Source of the DNA: Waddliaceae bacterium
GTDB taxonomy: Bacteria; Chlamydiota; Chlamydiia; Chlamydiales; SLOH01
Assembly: GCA_040880105.1 (NCBI GenBank)
Contig: JBBDJA010000015.1
Coordinates: 1 to 27,703 of the forward strand
Direction: 5' to 3'
DNA length: 27,703 bases
Position numbers and translations under genes: made by a program. Below are positions 1 through 8,540 of this stretch, in pieces (positions within the stretch are counted from its first letter, which is position 1; every line of letters starts with the position of its first letter). The notes beneath the pieces are model-generated. The model was given only the letters and a program-made list of their open reading frames with translations. It made no database searches and was not told where the DNA came from.

Positions 1-67
1 TCCGCCCCTTGAGGACGACCTTCAAAAAGCGCATAAGGAAATTGAAAAAAGTGAAGTAATAAGCTAA
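1..67 (+). CDS. 3' end of a gene entering from the left edge (unknown product)
   Basis: Frame starting at base 2 reads PPLEDDLQKAHKEIEKSEVIS to TAA at 65-67, co-directional with the next gene; too short to identify. Confidence 0.35.
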   Translation, partial: PPLEDDLQKAHKEIEKSEVIS

Positions 68-101
68 CATCGTTCCTATACATTTATCTAAAAGTTAGTT
101 C

Positions 102-1349
102 ATGCGTATTTTGATCATTTCCACCTTTTTCCCCCCATTGAACTCCATAGCTTCTCATCGACCTCATTCTTTTGCTAAATATTGGACAGAAGCAGGTCAT
201 GATGTCACTGTACTCACAACAAAAAAAGAAATACCCTCCGAAGAAAAGCTGTCACTACCTAATCCTGGATATGAAGTTATTGAGGTCTCTTTACCAAGTA
301 TCTATTACAAAATGAAAAGATCTCGTAAGAAAAACAAAAATTCATCCGATACCCCCTCTTCTTCATCCTTTCAGAAGATGCGAGATAAGTACGGTATATT
401 TAACTCTTGCCGTATGCCTGACTTCACAGACCTCTGGGTTTACCCGGCATTTAAACGCATAAAAAATGAAGAGCCTTGGGATGTGATCCTCAGCTCATCT
501 GGACCATATACTGCGCATCTTGTTGCGTACTTACTTAAGAAAAGAAATAAAGCATCCCGTTGGGTCGCAGATTACCGCGATCCTTGGTGTGATAGCCATA
601 GTTTCCCCGGTCTATTTCCCTTTACATTGATTGAAAGAAGTTTAGAAAGAATCATCTTAAAGCAAGCCGATTTAATCACCCCAAATGGAGATGCCTTAAG
701 TCGGTTTTATGAAAATAAATTTAATAGACCTACAATGACTGTCCCAAATGGATTTGATCCCCCAAATTTGTTACCGGATAGCGAATTCCCTTTTCCTAAG
801 GATAAGAAATTTCGCATTTGTTACACGGGTTCTGTTTATGAGCAGCAAAACCCCGCTCTTCTTTTTCAAGCTATTCGGCAATTAAGGAACGATCCTCTCA
901 TTAATAAACTTGAAGTTAGGTTTTATGGATATTCAAATAGGTTATTATCGCAATTAATTAAAGATCATCAGGTAGAAAAATGGGTGAAAATTTGTGATCC
1001 GGTCTCTTTCCTAGAAAGCGTACGCATACAAAAGGAGAGCGACCTTCTTCTTTTTCTTCCTTGGAATGATCCTAAACGTAAAGAAGTACTGCCAGCTAAG
1101 ATTTATGAGTATCTATATTCTCAAACACCCATCATCTGCATTGGAGCAAAGTCGCTTGATGATTCACAAAAATTAATTATGGAAGCCAAAGCGGGTGAGA
1201 GCTTTCACAACGTCGAAACGGTCGTCAGTTTCTTAAAATGCCAGCTTTGTTCTGAAAAAAGACTCAAAGTCAATATAGATACAAAGTTACTTGAAAAATA
1301 TCACAGAAAAACTATCGCACTTAAGTTATTAGACCGGATTTCCCTTTAA
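102..1349 (+). CDS. Glycosyltransferase family 4 (GT-B fold)
   Basis: 415 aa; MRILIISTFFPP...GHDVTVLT N-terminus, DYRDPW motif, PNGFD, YTGSVY, PAKIYEY. Confidence 0.9.
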   Translation: MRILIISTFFPPLNSIASHRPHSFAKYWTEAGHDVTVLTTKKEIPSEEKLSLPNPGYEVIEVSLPSIYYKMKRSRKKNKNSSDTPSSSSFQKMRDKYGIFNSCRMPDFTDLWVYPAFKRIKNEEPWDVILSSSGPYTAHLVAYLLKKRNKASRWVADYRDPWCDSHSFPGLFPFTLIERSLERIILKQADLITPNGDALSRFYENKFNRPTMTVPNGFDPPNLLPDSEFPFPKDKKFRICYTGSVYEQQNPALLFQAIRQLRNDPLINKLEVRFYGYSNRLLSQLIKDHQVEKWVKICDPVSFLESVRIQKESDLLLFLPWNDPKRKEVLPAKIYEYLYSQTPIICIGAKSLDDSQKLIMEAKAGESFHNVETVVSFLKCQLCSEKRLKVNIDTKLLEKYHRKTIALKLLDRISL

Positions 1350-2396
1350 GTTAGAGCTTGTCTGCTTCGTTGCGAAATATTTTTCTGGAGTCGTCTCTTC
1401 ATTAAGCAGCACAGACTCTTTTAATTTTAGACTTTCTTGTGCGGCAGCTAAAACTTTTAAGACCCTTAATCCCTCTTGTCCATTTGTGCGAGAGGATATG
1501 CGGTTTTCACAACATGTGAGAAAATGAAGACACTCTTCTTTGAGAGGTTCTTTCTGAGGAACTTTTAGATAAGTTGGCTGATTATTTCCTATGCGAGGAA
1601 CTTTCTTCTCATCTGCTACAATATGATTAAGTATCACTGAAAGTTTTTCTTCCCAAGGTTTTGTATCATCAAAAACTGCAATCCCCTTTGAACCGACAAC
1701 AGTCAATTTCTGTTCTTTAAAGGGATGTAGCCAACTAGAGTAAATATGTGCATTCATGCCGGAAGCAAATTCAAGAGATGTAAGGGAAATTCCAGTGACA
1801 CCTTCTGATATAAATCCATTTTCCTGAGCAGTCACCTTGTGAGGGAGATTATTTCCATAAAGAGAAAGTATCATAGAGATATCATGAGGCGCTAAATCCC
1901 AAAGCGCATTTTCTTCGGTGCGATAGGGGCCTAAGTTCATCCGATTAGAGGAGACGTATTGTATCTCACCAAGACTGCCCTGATTGACAAACTCTAAAAG
2001 GTGAATAAAGTGGGGGTGATATTGCAAAAGATGACCCACCATTAAAATCGATTGTGCGTTTTCCGCAAGTGCAATTAACTCATTTCCTTCGCTAATGGAC
2101 ATGCAGAGTGGCTTTTCTACATAGACATCTTTCCCGTTTTCCAGCGCTTTTTTTGCTAACTGAAAATGAGTAAACGGAGGGGTTGCAATCACAACACTTT
2201 GAATCGTTGGATCTTCTAAAAGTGAAATCTCATCAGTAGTAACTAAAACGCCGGGATAAAGAGTGGCGAGTTGTTTTAAATTTTCTTCATTTCGATCGCA
2301 AAGTGTATGCAACGCGCCTAGAGCAAAAAAGTTGCGAGCTAAATTTTTACCCCAACTCCCGATTCCAATAATACCGACTTTTTGACTGTGTTTCAC
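1329..2396 (-). CDS. wbpB: Gfo/Idh/MocA oxidoreductase, WbpB/WlbA-like UDP-GlcNAcA 3-dehydrogenase
   Basis: Rossmann GIIGIGSWG, EKP motif, LWDLAPHDIS; start reassigned to GTG at 2396, which overlaps the upstream TGA (GTGA) and has AGGAG at 2404-2408; specific call rests on gene neighbourhood. Confidence 0.8.
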   Translation of the reverse strand: MKHSQKVGIIGIGSWGKNLARNFFALGALHTLCDRNEENLKQLATLYPGVLVTTDEISLLEDPTIQSVVIATPPFTHFQLAKKALENGKDVYVEKPLCMSISEGNELIALAENAQSILMVGHLLQYHPHFIHLLEFVNQGSLGEIQYVSSNRMNLGPYRTEENALWDLAPHDISMILSLYGNNLPHKVTAQENGFISEGVTGISLTSLEFASGMNAHIYSSWLHPFKEQKLTVVGSKGIAVFDDTKPWEEKLSVILNHIVADEKKVPRIGNNQPTYLKVPQKEPLKEECLHFLTCCENRISSRTNGQEGLRVLKVLAAAQESLKLKESVLLNEETTPEKYFATKQTSSNLKGNPV

Positions 2397-3508
2397 TTTG
2401 TAACTCCTACTGTATTGCCAAGATATGCCTCTTTTACAGCAAGCACGACTCGATCTATTTCTTCTTCTGATATCCAAGGATGCAAAGGTAAACTTAAAAC
2501 TTCACTACACGCAAAATCGGCTTGAGCGAAACTGCCCTTTGATATACCTAAATATGAAAATGCCGGTTGCTCATAAACGCATTTGGAGTAATAGACACCG
2601 ACAGGGATATCTTTCTCAGAGAAAGTTTTCATCCACTGATCACGATTTGGAGTGCGAATTGTATATGGGCTGTACACACTTGTATTTCCCTGCGCGACAA
2701 AAGGCACTGTACAGTATTCTTTTAATCTTTCTGAATATGCAGAAGCAACTTTTTGACGTGCTTCGATCTCTTGAGGAAAAAACGGAAGTTTAGCAAGCAT
2801 GATCGCCGCTTGAAGAGTGTCGCACCTACCATTAATTCCGATCACGGGGTGGTAGTCTCTCTTTTGACTTCCATGGGTGCGGATGTAGCGCATTTTATCT
2901 GCAAGCTCTGCATCATCGGTAAAGAGCGCGCCTCCATCTCCGTAGCAGCCAAAGGGCTTGGCGGGAAAAAAGGAGGTCGATCCGATCGTGGTAACCCCAC
3001 AGCTGCGCTTCCCGTTTTGGGTCGCTCCAAAGCTTTGAGCGCCATCTTCGATGACAGGTAGATTATATTTTGCTGCGATTGCATTGATTCTCGTGTAGTT
3101 AGGCATCTGGCCAAAAAGGCTGACCGGCATGATGGCTTTGGTACGCGGGGTAATGGCGGACTCGATTTGATCGATATCGATATTATAAGTATTAGGCTCA
3201 ATGTCAACAAAGACAGGCTTGGCACCGATAAGTGCAATCACCTCAGCTGTTGCAAAGAAGGTAAAGGGTGTTGTGATAACCTCATCGCCGGGACCAATTC
3301 CAAGTGCCATTAAGGCAATAAGGAGGCTGTCTGTTCCACTTGAGACAGTTAAGCAGTGTTTCACACCGACAAATGCGGCGAGCTTTTCTTCAAGTTCAGC
3401 GACCTCTTCGCCAAGGATGAAGTTACCTTTTTCCAGAACGCGCGCGATGGCTTCATCAATCTCTGTTTTGTAAGATTGGTACTGCTGTTGAATATCAATA
3501 AATCGCAT
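2393..3508 (-). CDS. wbpE: DegT/DnrJ/EryC1/StrS PLP aminotransferase, WbpE/WlbC-like
   Basis: 371 aa; SSGTDSL, GPGDEVIT, IEDGAQSFGA, SFFPAKPFGCYGDGG (PLP lysine), GINGRCDTLQAA. Confidence 0.88.
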   Translation of the reverse strand: MRFIDIQQQYQSYKTEIDEAIARVLEKGNFILGEEVAELEEKLAAFVGVKHCLTVSSGTDSLLIALMALGIGPGDEVITTPFTFFATAEVIALIGAKPVFVDIEPNTYNIDIDQIESAITPRTKAIMPVSLFGQMPNYTRINAIAAKYNLPVIEDGAQSFGATQNGKRSCGVTTIGSTSFFPAKPFGCYGDGGALFTDDAELADKMRYIRTHGSQKRDYHPVIGINGRCDTLQAAIMLAKLPFFPQEIEARQKVASAYSERLKEYCTVPFVAQGNTSVYSPYTIRTPNRDQWMKTFSEKDIPVGVYYSKCVYEQPAFSYLGISKGSFAQADFACSEVLSLPLHPWISEEEIDRVVLAVKEAYLGNTVGVTK

Positions 3509-3523
3509 TTTTAATACCTATTT

Positions 3524-4810
3524 TTATGCGGCGAATACAAGATCGCCATGTGGTAGAAAATTGCGTGAATCTACCACGGGAATTTTATAAGAAAGGATTT
3601 CGTCGGGAGAAAATTGACTGTGCGCGGTTGCAAGCACAAAGCAGTCGTAACCGGAGGAGAGCGGCTGGCTTGTGCGGCCTTCAAGGTCGGCATATTTTCT
3701 CGTTTTACCGATGATGGGGATCATTGGGTCGTGAAAGTCGACCTTTGCCCCTTTTTTTTCAAGTAGATGGATCAGCTCAAAGCTTGGGCTCTCTCGGTAG
3801 TCATCAATGTCTTTTTTATACGCAAGGCCAAGCATTAAGATGCGCGCGCCATTTAGGGGCTTTCCAAAAGTGTTAAGGCAGTCTTGCACTTTATCCACTA
3901 CATATTTCGGCATGGCGCGGTTGATTTCTCCCGCAAGCTCAATAAAGCGTGTATGAATGCCGAACTCTTTTGCCTTCCAGCTTAGGTAGAACGGATCAAT
4001 CGGAATGCAGTGGCCGCCAAGTCCGGGTCCCGGCCAAAACGGCATAAATCCAAATGGCTTGGTTTTGGCAGCTTCAATGACTTCCCATACATCAATACCC
4101 ATCGTGTCGCAGATGATCTTCATTTCATTAGAGAGGGCGATATTGACGCTGCGGAAGATGTTTTCAAAGATCTTTGCGCATTCGGCAACTTTTGCGCTCG
4201 AGACCGGAATCACATTGTCAATGGCAAGCGAGTAAAGGGCGACGGCAATCTCAAGACTTTTCTCATCGACGCCGCCGACAAGCTTGGGAATGCTCTTGGT
4301 GCCGAAGGCTTGATTGCCGGGGTCTTCTCTTTCGGGGCTAAACGATAAAAAGAGGTCTTTGCCGACTTGCAGTTGACTATTTTTCTCTAGAATCGGCTGC
4401 ATGATCTCCTCGGTTGTTCCCGGCCAAGTGGTGCTTTCTAGAGAGACGAGGGTATTTGGCTGCAAAAAAGGGGCAATTGAGTGGCAGGTGTTTTCAATGT
4501 AGGATAAGTCAGGCTCAAGATAGTCGCTAACAGGTGTCGGCACACAAATGATCACAGCATCGCATTCAGAAATTCTCTTCATATCTGTTGTCGCGGTAAA
4601 AAACGGCTTTGCCTTTCCGAGTCTTCCGTGATTGATATGGCGAATATAGCTCTCACCGTTACTGATCGACTTGATCTTCTCGGGATCTATATCGAACCCC
4701 ATCACTTTAATGTTAGATTCTGCAAACACAAGAGAAAGGGGAAACCCGACATATCCAAGACCGATAATGCCGACTGTCAATGATTTAAGTTTAATCTTAT
4801 CTAATAACAT
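3524..4810 (-). CDS. wbpA: Nucleotide-sugar dehydrogenase, WbpA-like UDP-GlcNAc 6-dehydrogenase
   Basis: 428 aa; GLGYVG, CVPTP, ESTTWPGTT, SPEREDPGN, GPGLGGHCIPIDPFYL, GLAYKKDIDDYRESP. Confidence 0.88.
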   Translation of the reverse strand: MLLDKIKLKSLTVGIIGLGYVGFPLSLVFAESNIKVMGFDIDPEKIKSISNGESYIRHINHGRLGKAKPFFTATTDMKRISECDAVIICVPTPVSDYLEPDLSYIENTCHSIAPFLQPNTLVSLESTTWPGTTEEIMQPILEKNSQLQVGKDLFLSFSPEREDPGNQAFGTKSIPKLVGGVDEKSLEIAVALYSLAIDNVIPVSSAKVAECAKIFENIFRSVNIALSNEMKIICDTMGIDVWEVIEAAKTKPFGFMPFWPGPGLGGHCIPIDPFYLSWKAKEFGIHTRFIELAGEINRAMPKYVVDKVQDCLNTFGKPLNGARILMLGLAYKKDIDDYRESPSFELIHLLEKKGAKVDFHDPMIPIIGKTRKYADLEGRTSQPLSSGYDCFVLATAHSQFSPDEILSYKIPVVDSRNFLPHGDLVFAA

Positions 4811-4843
4811 GAAGTAAAAAATTATCAGAAAATCGGTTGCGAC

Positions 4844-5782
4844 TCAAGAAGAAAAACGCAGTTTTCTGTAGGGAAAAGAAAATAAACCCACAATTGTCGC
4901 AAACCATAAAGTGCAGAGGCGAAAAGCAAGGGTGATTGCGATCGCATCGGCAAAAGAGAGGGAGTAGGTGGTCAATAAATGCACCATTGTCGCCTCTGTC
5001 CCGCCAATGCCGCCGGGCAGAAATGTAAGCGAGCCGGCAAGAAGCGAGGCGCCAAGAGTGAGCAAGATAGCAAAAAAGTGGGGCCCGCCGGCAATGACGT
5101 TCGCAATAAAAAAGAGTCCGACCACCTCAAACCCCCAGCTGATAAATCCCATAATGAGGCTAAGTCCAATTGTTTTAAGGGAAAAGCAGATGCGAAAGGT
5201 GGTAAACATCTCAAAAATAAAATCGATCGGTTTGGAAAACTTTTCCGGCAAAAAGCGGTCGCAGAGGCGTTTGATGACGCTAAGCAGCTTCTCGCTTTGA
5301 ATCAAAACCATCATAAAAATAATAAGCCCAAAGGCAACAGAGGCAATGGGGCGAAGACTCGGGTACTGAATCAGGCCGCATGCCGTGATAAGAAAAACAG
5401 TCATCATATCAAAGAGGCGCTCGGAGATAAACACCGCTACGCTCTCTTGGTATTTAACGCCGTGGTTACGCAGCAAGACGCTGCGAATGCCCTCACCTGA
5501 TTTAGCGGGCGTTGCCGATAGAGCAAACCCGGCTAGATAGATCCGAAAATTGGAAAAGATGGGAATGTGGTACCCCAAAAGCGTTAAATAGTAATGCCAG
5601 CGGAGAAATCGAAAGGCGTAGCAACAAAATGAAAGGGCGCAAACAAAAGCAAAACCACTGAACCCAAGCGAGCCAAACGCATAGAGCACCTTGTCCCATC
5701 CGGCCCAAATACCGGCAATAAGATAGAAGAGGATAGCCAGAAGAACACTTGCAAATACAGTAAGAAACGGTTTATTTGTCAT
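4844..5782 (-). CDS. Lysylphosphatidylglycerol-synthase-TM (UPF0104) flippase-like membrane protein
   Basis: 312 aa, multiple hydrophobic helices, RFLRW, TPAKSGEGIR, ERLFD, PGGIGGTEA, FRLCTLW. Confidence 0.85.
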   Translation of the reverse strand: MTNKPFLTVFASVLLAILFYLIAGIWAGWDKVLYAFGSLGFSGFAFVCALSFCCYAFRFLRWHYYLTLLGYHIPIFSNFRIYLAGFALSATPAKSGEGIRSVLLRNHGVKYQESVAVFISERLFDMMTVFLITACGLIQYPSLRPIASVAFGLIIFMMVLIQSEKLLSVIKRLCDRFLPEKFSKPIDFIFEMFTTFRICFSLKTIGLSLIMGFISWGFEVVGLFFIANVIAGGPHFFAILLTLGASLLAGSLTFLPGGIGGTEATMVHLLTTYSLSFADAIAITLAFRLCTLWFATIVGLFSFPYRKLRFSS

Positions 5783-6381
5783 GGGATCTCCCTATAAAAT
5801 GCATGATCGGCAATTGCGAGCATCTCTTGATCTCCTCGACTGTCTCCATAGGCGTAAATTGTCATCTCTTGATAGTTGGGAATCCCCGCTTGCAAGCGTC
5901 TGACTTTTTCTTGACCCCAGCAGTTGATTCCCTCAAGCTTTCCTGTCACTTTTCTCATTGCGTCTTTTTCCAGATGCGTGCAGATAAGGTCTTCAATTCC
6001 AAGCGACTGCGCCCATGGCTCAAGATATAGATTCAAAGAGGCGCTCACAATCACGATGCGATCCCCTCTTTTTTTGTGCCATTCCAATCGTTTTAACGCT
6101 TCGGGTTTAATCATCTTTGGAATTTTGTTCTTTGCAAACGCGCGCCCAAGCAGTCTCATCTTATCGATCGACTCACCGGAAAAAAAACGTGTGAGCACTT
6201 TCTCTTTTGTCTCTTGCCGCGTTTTGAAACCCAAAAGAAATCCAATAAAATAGGGAAGAAGCAAAAATAGGTTGATAACCCCTTTTAGTTTTCCTTCTGA
6301 ATAAAGCAAAAAAGAGCGGAAGGTGTCGCATGTGGTGATTGTCTTGTCAAAATCAAAGAGTGCAAGCGTTTGTTTTTTCAT
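5779..6381 (-). CDS. HAD-IB family phosphatase
   Basis: Motif I FDFDKTIT, motif II VSAS, K in GQEKV, motif IV YGDSRGD; 4-nt overlap with the downstream gene. Confidence 0.9.
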   Translation of the reverse strand: MKKQTLALFDFDKTITTCDTFRSFLLYSEGKLKGVINLFLLLPYFIGFLLGFKTRQETKEKVLTRFFSGESIDKMRLLGRAFAKNKIPKMIKPEALKRLEWHKKRGDRIVIVSASLNLYLEPWAQSLGIEDLICTHLEKDAMRKVTGKLEGINCWGQEKVRRLQAGIPNYQEMTIYAYGDSRGDQEMLAIADHAFYREIP

Positions 6382-6428
6382 TCTGAAGATGATAACAGAA
6401 AATGCTTTAAAGGAAAAAAGCGAATTGT

Positions 6429-7604
6429 TTAAAGCTCCTCCTTTTCATCCCTTGTCTTTAAATTCTCAATAAGCGCATGGACATTTTCTTCTGTAACCCT
6501 TCGGCAATTTAACACTCTCACCTTTCGAAGACTTGGAATCCCTTCTAAAAGGGTAAGCGCATCATCTGTAAGGTCGGGACAGGTCCAAAAACTGATCGTG
6601 TGCAACTGTTTGAGTTCGGAAAAAGAGGCGAGTGCGCGTTCGTTCAGATTGGAACACCATGAAAAGTGGAGCTGCTCAATATTTGGAAGGGTTGAAAGAT
6701 GGCTGTATCCGGCCGCATCCACTTGTGTGCACTGAGAAAGGTATAGTACCTTTAAATTTTTCAATTGAGCAAGCCTATTGATTCCCTTATTCGTCACGCC
6801 TTGGCAATTGCCTAAAAAGAGGGTGTGAAGCACAGACAATTCGCTCAAATAACTAATTTCTAAATCCTTAATAAAATGACAGATGCGCAGTTCAAGTTCA
6901 CCTAATAGTCGCAAATTTCTCACATACCCAAAAGAGCGGAACGTGACATTTCTTGACACCGTCCGAAACTCCTCCACTTCAGGGGTCAGGTAAGAGAGAA
7001 TTCTCACATGATGATCTCTGATCGTATGGCGATAGCATCCAAGGTTCACACGTCTGAGCGCATAGCGTGAAAAGAGACTCTCAATAAAAATAATGGCCTC
7101 GCTTGGATCTTTGCACCCGATCTCTTTAAAATTGAGCTTTCCTTCGTTTAGCAGCTCGACAATCGCGCGGGTCGAAAGCTCTTCGGCTCGCTCTTTTAGA
7201 TCTTCTGTCGAGAGATAGTCGTAAATGATTCTTTTAAGATCGAAAATTTCTATAGCTTCATCACCCTTTTCTATGATGAAGGGAAAGGGTTTTGCTTCCA
7301 TCAGTTTATGAACGTTTTGAGCCGATTCATTAAAAAGGGCAATTTCAGAGAGCCTTTCATTCTTTTCGATAATATGATGAAATTGCATCATGACTCGAGT
7401 GATGAGTCTTGCGTTTTGATCGTCACAATGATGAAAGCGACGGAATATGTGGTATACACCCTCAATGTCTGCAGCCTCCTTCACCCCCTTTAGTATTCTT
7501 AACATTTTCGGATAAGTGGTCCTTGTCTGGAATGGTAAGAGGTGTATTTTAACCTCCTCCTTAACTTCAGACTGTACTGAGGATGGAATGGGGGCAGCAC
7601 TCAT
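6429..7604 (-). CDS. Leucine-rich repeat protein (cysteine-containing, eukaryote-like LRRs); candidate secreted effector
   Basis: C-terminal third has about five 25-aa repeats of the LxxLxLxxCxxVTDxGLxxL type; Ser/Pro-rich N-terminus; GAGG upstream of ATG. Confidence 0.8.
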   Translation of the reverse strand: MSAAPIPSSVQSEVKEEVKIHLLPFQTRTTYPKMLRILKGVKEAADIEGVYHIFRRFHHCDDQNARLITRVMMQFHHIIEKNERLSEIALFNESAQNVHKLMEAKPFPFIIEKGDEAIEIFDLKRIIYDYLSTEDLKERAEELSTRAIVELLNEGKLNFKEIGCKDPSEAIIFIESLFSRYALRRVNLGCYRHTIRDHHVRILSYLTPEVEEFRTVSRNVTFRSFGYVRNLRLLGELELRICHFIKDLEISYLSELSVLHTLFLGNCQGVTNKGINRLAQLKNLKVLYLSQCTQVDAAGYSHLSTLPNIEQLHFSWCSNLNERALASFSELKQLHTISFWTCPDLTDDALTLLEGIPSLRKVRVLNCRRVTEENVHALIENLKTRDEKEEL

Positions 7605-7770
7605 ACGACCTCTTTTACGTTTAGAATTAATCTTTTAATACTCTAAGTATCAAGAGTAAATCTAAATTATTAGGAAATGTTAGAATAATCTCACCAATGA
7701 GATATTTAAATGGTTGTTACATTCTTAGGAATTTTATGCATGTATTTTCCACTATTCGTCTAAGAGTAAA

Positions 7771-7810
7771 TGTTTCATATGTTGAACAATTGTTGTGAAT
7801 ATGATACAAT
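7771..7810 (+). promoter_or_regulatory. Sigma70-type promoter overlapped by an inverted-repeat operator for the TA operon
   Basis: TTGAAC (7782-7787), 17 nt, TACAAT (7805-7810) with TGn extension; imperfect 19+19 nt inverted repeat 7771-7808 centred on the palindrome AACAATTGTT (7785-7794). Confidence 0.65.
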
Positions 7811-7816
7811 TTAAAT

Positions 7817-8146
7817 ATGGGATATGAAATCGAGATCTTCGCTAAATCAAATGGAAAAGAACCTTTTGTTCAATGGCTGGAAACTTTAGATGTTAACACT
7901 CAGGCTTTGGTTCTTCAGAGACTGCAAAGAATTAAATCTGGTAATTTTGGAGACTGTAAACCTATTGCTTCAGGACTTTGGGAGTTTCGTATCCATAGTA
8001 ATTCCGGATTGAGAATATATTACAACCGAAGCGGTGAGAAAATTATTTTAATCCTCGGTGGTGGAATAAAAAGAACTCAAAATCGAGATATCAATCAGGC
8101 CAAAAAATACTTGGAAGAATATAGGAGTAATCAAAATGAAAAATAA
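7817..8146 (+). CDS. Type II toxin, RelE/ParE superfamily (addiction module killer, HI1419-like)
   Basis: GKEPFVQWL, RLQRIKSGNFGDCKPI, GLWEFRIH, GLRIYY, LGGGIKRTQNRDI. Confidence 0.9.
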   Translation: MGYEIEIFAKSNGKEPFVQWLETLDVNTQALVLQRLQRIKSGNFGDCKPIASGLWEFRIHSNSGLRIYYNRSGEKIILILGGGIKRTQNRDINQAKKYLEEYRSNQNEK

Positions 8147-8447
8147 ACTTCGTTCTTATGATGATCTTTTAGAAGAATATCTTCAGAATCCAAAATTCGC
8201 AATCAAGTTTCTTAATCAAGCGTTGGCGGATGAAGATGTTGATGCATTCACAATGTCTTTAAAAGATATTATTCGCATACGCGGTAACATCACCGACTTA
8301 GCAAAAGAGGCTGATGTAAGCCGAGGAACAGTCTATAGGATAATAAATGGTCAGGGGCATGCAGAAATTGGAACTGTGTTAAAACTTATGCACGCATTAG
8401 GTTATGACCTTACGGTTAAAAAAAGACCTAATTCACTGAGTCTGTAA
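8136..8447 (+). CDS. Type II antitoxin with HTH (addiction module antidote, HI1420-like)
   Basis: Overlaps the toxin by 11 nt; FLNQALADED N-terminus and Xre-type HTH ITDLAKEADVSRGTVYR...LKLMHALG. Confidence 0.88.
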   Translation: MKNKLRSYDDLLEEYLQNPKFAIKFLNQALADEDVDAFTMSLKDIIRIRGNITDLAKEADVSRGTVYRIINGQGHAEIGTVLKLMHALGYDLTVKKRPNSLSL

Positions 8448-8540
8448 ATTAAAGAAGGTCTAGTTAAGAATAGGCCTAATAAATCATCTTGAACGAGGCT
8501 TTTCAAAAGGAGTAGCTAACATCTTTAAGCTTAATCAATA

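Noticed and set aside
2397..2477. 27-aa N-terminal extension of the oxidoreductase in the ORF track
   Set aside because: Overlaps the aminotransferase; GTG at 2396 has an RBS and stop-start coupling
5789..5798. 10-nt match (TCCCTATAAA) to the putative omega-RNA guide at the HAD gene 3' end
   Set aside because: Too short, misses the first guide base, and plausible by chance
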